A DNA stretch of 63,211 nucleotides from a virus (lineage: Duplodnaviria > Caudoviricetes), in IMG/VR virus record IMGVR_UViG_3300027740_000122, positions 1 to 63,211 of that record; one strand, 5' to 3'. Under the pieces are notes generated by a model. It was not told the origin of the DNA. It did no database searches and saw only the letters and a list, made by a program, of their open reading frames with translations. Of this stretch, positions 58,701-63,211 are shown in pieces; positions within the stretch are counted from its first letter, which is position 1, and each line of letters opens with the position of its first letter. A program made the translations under genes and the position numbers.

Positions 58701-59290
58701 TCAAATGTTGATTTAAGATGGTTATCTTTTTCTTTTTTGAGTATATCAAGAGGACTAAATGTAGCAGTTACCCATACTTGACGTTCAGGATCAGGAATAC
58801 AAATCTTTCTAAATCGAATTGCAGATGTATTTGATTCTCTTTCCATCCAATATGAAGTAATTGCAATATCACCTAATAACCATATATGTATAGGTTTAAG
58901 ATCAGCAATAACTTTCATTAATCTAGGTTTACAACACTTAATTTCTTTTCGGGTTACTTCTTTTGCTTTTCCTTTTGTATCTTTACCAGGATAACAACTT
59001 ACAGCATCAATATACCAACAATCTTCATCAGCATCAATACCTTTCTTTTGTAATTCTTTTTTAAGCAATTCTCCTACTTCTCCTGAAGCAGGTATTCCGG
59101 ATGTGTCAACTCCTTCACTAGGATGAGAACCTACGATAAGTATTTTCTTTTTTCCTTTTCCAATATAAGACATACGAGGATGTTTGCAATGTTGATATAG
59201 CCTACATTCTTCGCACTCACCTGAAGAAGGCCCATTAATACCACAAGTGTTTAACTGTTCAAGGGTAAAGAAACCCTTTATGATTGTCAT
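55718..59290 (-). CDS. polA: family A DNA polymerase with an N-terminal family-4 UDG-like domain, 3'-5' exonuclease and an intein
   Basis: ExoI FDYETTG, ExoIII YNGID, PNFQNIP, motif A DYGAMEVR, motif B R..AKNGFTFPEFY, motif C VHD. Confidence 0.92.
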   Translation of the reverse strand: MTIIKGFFTLEQLNTCGINGPSSGECEECRLYQHCKHPRMSYIGKGKKKILIVGSHPSEGVDTSGIPASGEVGELLKKELQKKGIDADEDCWYIDAVSCYPGKDTKGKAKEVTRKEIKCCKPRLMKVIADLKPIHIWLLGDIAITSYWMERESNTSAIRFRKICIPDPERQVWVTATFSPLDILKKEKDNHLKSTFEKDISFLIKCSQFTDPPEIVNVNKCITILKDFDSIKKELLKVIKLQPEKFAFDYETTGKKPYRKEHRITTISFCYDYDKAYSFPYQYRNNMYFTNDQINEICDLWIQILLNPKIKKIMHNCFSGNTQYLTNEGIKTFEETVNTKQQIWTKQGWKEGEIKLFGKAKLTKLVIGPSHRSMSNIKHEILVTENHRWFIDRYKTTQYTTKPNFSFFERKENIITKDLKRKDRIVAELPKFIINEKSDAFRHGLIFADGSYCGESKWNYFHNIRLCGWKEKYKDSFPHYTYPKNANGDPVVQCYKHTTPMKELPISCNADYIANFIEGWQLLDGTDSTAGESRVITTFNKKAAEWLKNNASLGGWYCTGFSEHISSRFSSYPKKSPYWMIIITKDSSLGWTIKEIVPNYSEEKIYCAIVPEIEQFTLNYGIYTSNSKFEDMWTREIFGIDIESKWWCTMNCAHILDNRKEFTGLKFQAMVRWGIPDYDAKIEKFLKSENKNTPFNRIMDAPINDLLLYNGIDSLLTFRLQEEQEEELKKYPKMQQAREFVQEGLVTLCDIQENGINMDKEYYIIQDVTLTERIAEMKNNLYKFPEAIKYEQFKHRPINFGSDYDLRELFFTVLGLSPSKFTPGEKESTDASVLADLDTPIAKEITKIAQLEKIQGTYLGQFLREIDDDERMRPFFDFHIPVTYRGESHDPNFQNIPVRDEEAKQIIRSGIMPSSGNQLIDWDYGAMEVRIIACYTQCPTLMAYIFDPNTDMHRDNAIEIFKFSDDLWDKIPKKPFAKDLRFEAKNGFTFPEFYNSYYKSCARNLFSKCMKMICYEGITVFEHLQAVGVIKTKANAYEEFETHLKKVEERFWFKYKAVKQWQEKSLADYVRLGYIEQMFGFRCQGYLSKNQVVNYPVQGTAFHCLMWSINEINKRMKEEKYISRMNGQVHDCCLTDLFPLEKQKLMKMSNQIATLDIREHFKWLVVPLLIEWEETEIDKPWGSKEETRED
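57413..58342 (-). mobile_element. intein (310 aa) with a LAGLIDADG homing endonuclease, inserted in ExoII
   Basis: HN|CFSGNT...VTENHRW...GLIFADG...GWQLLDG...YC..VP....FTL..GIYTSN|SKFE. Confidence 0.92.
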
Positions 59291-59548
59291 TTATATTATT
59301 CCATGATGAATATCATATAAATAAATTATGCTGGCATCTTTTTTACTACTTTTTAAATTTAAAGAAATAGAATTACCAAATACTTTTACTGTGTTAGTGT
59401 CATATTCACCTGCACTTACTGGTTTATATCCTTTGCCTTCTTCATGAGAAGTAAACATTTCTGCTATTCCTACATGAGTAATAGGTTCAAAAAATAAAAT
59501 AGGACGATAGTACATACCTTTTTTAAACATTACATATTTTAAAATCAT
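59291..59548 (-). CDS. hypothetical protein
   Basis: H..IA....PVSAG, G.SISL.LKS. Confidence 0.55.
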   Translation of the reverse strand: MILKYVMFKKGMYYRPILFFEPITHVGIAEMFTSHEEGKGYKPVSAGEYDTNTVKVFGNSISLNLKSSKKDASIIYLYDIHHGII

Positions 59549-59574
59549 TTATCATCCTTTCATAAATTACTTGA

Positions 59575-59685
59575 GTAGCAAAGGAAGTTGCGAGTCGGGA
59601 CCTTCCCAACAAGCTAATTTATCAGCAAACTAAACGAGAGGTTATCCTGCCTTATTCTGATAAATATTTTTCCTTCCTTTGCTAC
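59575..59685 (-). ncRNA. candidate structured RNA 1
   Basis: 13-bp closing stem GTAGCAAAGGAAG/CTTCCTTTGCTAC; inner 9-bp stem ATTTATCAG/CTGATAAAT; small hairpin at 59594-59610. Confidence 0.5.
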
Positions 59686-59692
59686 CAATCGA

Positions 59693-59794
59693 ATTACTTA
59701 GCAGAGCATCAATCTTTCATTAGAGTAACTAGCCCCAAGTCTTTATAGAAAAGTTGGCACTTCTCTTGTCGGACTTCTACCGACACTAAGTAAT
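59693..59794 (-). ncRNA. candidate structured RNA 2
   Basis: 9-bp closing stem ATTACTTAG/CTAAGTAAT; inner hairpin TGTCGG/CCGACA. Confidence 0.45.
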
Positions 59795-59795
59795 A

Positions 59796-60824
59796 TTAAA
59801 CTTCTGGCAAAACAAGTAAATGATAGAAATTGGAGCTAACAAACATTCCTTTTCCGTCAAGTAAAACAAATTGGGTTGCTTTTTTAAGCACCTGACTTAA
59901 AAATATTGGGTTAATCAAAAATGTAAATGCTTCTCCTTCATAATCAGATTCAACAGTTTTGATTATTTCCCCACGTTCTTTTTCAGCTTTACAAACTATT
60001 TTCCCTTTTTCAACAGTAACAGAAATGCATTTATTGACTTCTTCTTCACCTTCTGCAAATGAAATTATTGCTTCCACATTCTCTCTGAGATTTGTCGGAA
60101 ATTCTAATGTTACAGGGGCATCTTCAAATAAACCATTAAGCAAATCAAAAGGGTATTCCCCTTTCATTATTTTACAATTGAAAATTACACCTTCTTTGGA
60201 ACGAAAATGAGCCCAATTTTCAGAAATCCCATATTCAATAGGTTGATAGTTAATCAGACTTATTACATCTCTTACTGGTAAAAGTAGTTCTTTCATTTCC
60301 TTTTCCATAATATATGTACTTACACGAATATTATCAGTTGTATAAAGTCCGTCTTTTCTAATAGCACAACAAGATTTTACTCCTGATGATAAGTCTTTTG
60401 ATGCTGAAAAAGCACATAAATATAAACCATCTGAAAAATCACTAGGTAAAGTTTGCCAAAATCCTTTACCAATCATTGATTGTTTAATATTTTCAATCAT
60501 GGGGGTAATCATTGCAGTTTCCCCAACAATTGTTGATAACTTTGCTTTTGTACTTTTGGATTTAATTTTAATACTATCATCTTCCAAAGTAATTTCAAAT
60601 TCTGATTCTGAAATCTTATCCACAATTTTATAAAAATCATCTCCTTTAACTGAAAATTCAATATCACTTTCAAAGGGATGAATTATACATACTCTATCGT
60701 TAAATGTAGCTATATCTGTTTTGGTAAAAATAAAATGACTGGCTTGTTCCACAATTTCTTTTTTTGCTAAACCAGGTCTTACTTTTGTTAAAATAGAAAG
60801 TAAATTTAATTTTTGTACCTTCAT
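59796..60824 (-). CDS. DNA sliding clamp (DnaN/beta-like)
   Basis: About 342 aa, three-domain pattern, GEYP, INP.FL, LVLP C-terminus; near PolA and the clamp loader. Confidence 0.75.
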   Translation of the reverse strand: MKVQKLNLLSILTKVRPGLAKKEIVEQASHFIFTKTDIATFNDRVCIIHPFESDIEFSVKGDDFYKIVDKISESEFEITLEDDSIKIKSKSTKAKLSTIVGETAMITPMIENIKQSMIGKGFWQTLPSDFSDGLYLCAFSASKDLSSGVKSCCAIRKDGLYTTDNIRVSTYIMEKEMKELLLPVRDVISLINYQPIEYGISENWAHFRSKEGVIFNCKIMKGEYPFDLLNGLFEDAPVTLEFPTNLRENVEAIISFAEGEEEVNKCISVTVEKGKIVCKAEKERGEIIKTVESDYEGEAFTFLINPIFLSQVLKKATQFVLLDGKGMFVSSNFYHLLVLPEV

Positions 60825-60997
60825 GGATTCTCCTTTTCTTCTTTGAGTATATCTAAAACAGTTTGGCAATGTTTGATGTAATAAAAAGTAACCAAACGAT
60901 GATAAGGTTTACTTTTACCATGAAGATTATCCCTAAATATTTTTTCTTTCCCTGGAGAAACAAGTTGTGGGAAATTGCCCGATAAGTACAGTATCAT
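60821..60997 (-). CDS. 58-aa protein resembling the N-terminal segment of DpdA-like proteins
   Basis: MILYLSG...RLVTFYY; ATGA-coupled on both sides. Confidence 0.5.
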   Translation of the reverse strand: MILYLSGNFPQLVSPGKEKIFRDNLHGKSKPYHRLVTFYYIKHCQTVLDILKEEKENP

Positions 60998-61377
60998 AAA
61001 CAAGAATCCTTTTCCCACATAACACCTGCATTATTTTCATTATCTTCTGATACTGTAACACGAATCCATAACAGTTTAGGATCCAATCTATGAAGTTCAT
61101 CCACGATTATATCAGCAATCATTTCACAGGATTTACTACCCAATTCATACATGCCATTATTACCCATAAAGAATTTAGCATGAATTATTTCATCTAACTG
61201 TTCTTTTACCATGAAAAATTCAAGCTGCCTATCATCATGGGCAACAGGCAAAGTTGCTGTCACATAAAAAATATGTCGATGAGGATATTGAAGAAATCTT
61301 ACCTCTTCAATTGGACATTTACTCCAATTATGTAACCCTACAAATTGTGTTTGTACGGAAATATAACTGTGTTTCAT
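60994..61377 (-). CDS. QueD/6-pyruvoyl-tetrahydropterin synthase-like T-fold protein
   Basis: G.H.W, HRHIF, DRQLEF, SCEMIA, VSEDNEN. Confidence 0.7.
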   Translation of the reverse strand: MKHSYISVQTQFVGLHNWSKCPIEEVRFLQYPHRHIFYVTATLPVAHDDRQLEFFMVKEQLDEIIHAKFFMGNNGMYELGSKSCEMIADIIVDELHRLDPKLLWIRVTVSEDNENNAGVMWEKDSCL

Positions 61378-61385
61378 ATTATCTC

Positions 61386-62309
61386 CTAAAATAAAGTTCT
61401 TACTTTTGATTTTCGTATCCAAGGCCAAGGCCAAGACGGTAATGAAGCTTCTAAATCCATATAAAATTGAATATTTAATTGATCACGCAATTCATGACTA
61501 TTGGATAATCCTTCTTCAATAATTACTTCAACAAGGTTTTCTTTTTTATTACACCAATGTTCTTTTTCTTGTAATTTATAATCATCAGGTACTGTTTTAA
61601 ATTCTGAACTTCCTATAATAAAACCTTTTTCTTCAAAGTAATCATAGAAATAATCTTGGTGCATACCCACAAAGTTCTCGAAATGACCTTGACTACTTTT
61701 CTTTACTTCCCTTGAAGTTACAAATGTGATATATGGTGATTCAGAGTAAATATATTTATTCATTTTCTTTCGTGGGATAACAACTGCCCCATATTTACCA
61801 AATTGTATCCAACTAGTACTATCAACTGAATACCAAGGATATCGAGTTAATAGTGAAGGGGAAGTCATGGCAAAACCATGAAGTTTATGAGTAGGTAGAT
61901 AATCAGGTGATTTACAAACAAGAGAAAATACAGGATCACCCATAGTAGTTATCCATTGTGATTTTACTTGTTCTTGACCTAATCCACCTACACCAATATA
62001 ATCATAATTATCAAGATATTTTTTGAACCATTTAAAATCTTCACCTGTATGAAAGACAGGCATTGGGTTTAATTTATGATGATCTTCAAGATATTTTTGC
62101 ACTTTCCATGTCAATTCAGAATTATGTATTACATCCACATTTACATAAACAGTAATTAAGGATTGATTTTTCTTAATAAAATCTGCATATTCATCCACAT
62201 ATTTCCAAAATTCATCAGATTCATAGTAAGACCAATCTATAGGAACTTTTCCCATTACTTCTCGTTTATATAGACTATGAGCCCCTGAATCAAGAAAGAT
62301 TTTATCCAT
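61386..62309 (-). CDS. DpdA-like (TGT-fold) DNA base-exchange transglycosylase
   Basis: FLDSGAHS, YVNVDVI, PVFH.GE, YIGVGG, HGFAMT, SVDSTSW. Confidence 0.75.
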   Translation of the reverse strand: MDKIFLDSGAHSLYKREVMGKVPIDWSYYESDEFWKYVDEYADFIKKNQSLITVYVNVDVIHNSELTWKVQKYLEDHHKLNPMPVFHTGEDFKWFKKYLDNYDYIGVGGLGQEQVKSQWITTMGDPVFSLVCKSPDYLPTHKLHGFAMTSPSLLTRYPWYSVDSTSWIQFGKYGAVVIPRKKMNKYIYSESPYITFVTSREVKKSSQGHFENFVGMHQDYFYDYFEEKGFIIGSSEFKTVPDDYKLQEKEHWCNKKENLVEVIIEEGLSNSHELRDQLNIQFYMDLEASLPSWPWPWIRKSKVRTLF

Positions 62310-63210
62310 TCTTTATTTCTCGAATCATATTAGGAATAGTTTCTGCACCGTTTGCTAGAAATTTTGCTTTTAAATCAATTGGTCCAGTATACCATTCACA
62401 ATTACTGATATACTTTATATAGATAGTTAATGCATTAATAGCATCATCGTAAGAACAAAATCTAAATTCCCTAGGATACATTTCAACATAACTTAATCTA
62501 TCAGGCACAAGAGGAATACAATCACAAAGGACTGCTTCTTGCATTGCTATACCCCAAGTTTCTTGATCTGCAAAAGATACTGCTATCTTTGATCTGTTCA
62601 ATAATTCGTAATATTCCTGCTTATTAGAGCAAACATCCTTGCTTCTAACGAACGACCAATCTTTAAATGTGTCTTTGAGTTCATCAGCTAATTTGTCAAA
62701 TAGGTGGGGATTCTTTTCAGAATCAAGTCTATGTGGAAACACTACAATATTTTCTTTCTCTTGTTGTTTGAACAGAATAGGTTTAATAGGGAAACCTGTT
62801 ACTTTAATTTTATCAGGATTAACTACTCTATGAGAAAGAATTAAATTTTTATGAAAATTTGTAGCAACAAATATTTGATCTATAATTTTAAACCATCCAT
62901 GTTCTATAGGACATGCCCATATTTGCATGCCTTTTTTACTTAAAAAATCATGTTCATCCCATGTTCCTGCATGTAAACACCCTGTTATTTTAAATTTGAT
63001 TCCTAAAGCATCTCGCATATAAGCCAACATCTCAATGCCAGGAAACCAAAGATCAAGAAACAGAAATGTGTCACCGTCTTTTATAAACCCTAAATGAATA
63101 AGTTTACTTATTTCTGCAAGCTGTTTGGCTTTGTAATAGTTTGTTCCGCAAACATCAAGAAATGACCCTTGCTCAATTGTTGAAGTTAATGGTTCAGGAT
63201 TAATAACAGT
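62302..63210 (-). CDS. GT-B (GT4-like) glycosyltransferase, 5' end truncated by the window
   Basis: Frame stays open to the window end (GSFLDVCGTNYYKAKQ...); HAGTWD, FPHRLDSEK, QETWGIAMQEA, VPDRLSY.EM. Confidence 0.8.
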   Translation of the reverse strand, partial: TVINPEPLTSTIEQGSFLDVCGTNYYKAKQLAEISKLIHLGFIKDGDTFLFLDLWFPGIEMLAYMRDALGIKFKITGCLHAGTWDEHDFLSKKGMQIWACPIEHGWFKIIDQIFVATNFHKNLILSHRVVNPDKIKVTGFPIKPILFKQQEKENIVVFPHRLDSEKNPHLFDKLADELKDTFKDWSFVRSKDVCSNKQEYYELLNRSKIAVSFADQETWGIAMQEAVLCDCIPLVPDRLSYVEMYPREFRFCSYDDAINALTIYIKYISNCEWYTGPIDLKAKFLANGAETIPNMIREIKNG

Positions 63211-63211
63211 A

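Noticed and set aside
59560-59795. tRNA genes
   Set aside because: No T-loop GTTCRA or cloverleaf recognised here or elsewhere by eye; a tRNA scan is still advisable.
1-63211. Alternative genetic code or prophage/integration module
   Set aside because: Genes are intact and densely packed under the standard code; no integrase, repressor pair or host genes are visible in this window.

Overview
AT-rich fragment of a tailed dsDNA phage genome, probably a lytic siphovirus (long tape measure, tail tube, no sheath, no integrase seen). The lysis genes suggest a Gram-negative host. There are three blocks: (i) 1-1800, a leftward early-type region and a ~900 bp regulatory gap; (ii) 1847-39811 on +, packaging, head, tail and lysis genes; (iii) 39906-63211 on -, replication, recombination and DNA-modification genes (split SbcC, SbcD, RuvC, 5'-3' exonuclease, RecA, SSB, clamp loader, UDG-PolA with an intein, sliding clamp, QueD-like, DpdA-like, GT-B glycosyltransferase). 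The main candidate novel system is a virion glyco-coat. Four glycosyltransferase and two methyltransferase domains sit inside the head module, and at least six virion genes carry Ser/Pro/Thr (SPSS/SPST) mucin-like tracts of about 13 to about 700 residues. These tracts share exact DNA blocks between genes. Secondary candidates: a 7-deazaguanine-plus-sugar DNA modification locus with an apparently split DpdA, a sigma54/enhancer/boxA early leader with a 26-bp stem enclosing a whole gene, an SSB-tail mimic protein, and several structured intergenic RNAs. All assignments come from reading motifs and synteny by eye; no database searches were run.
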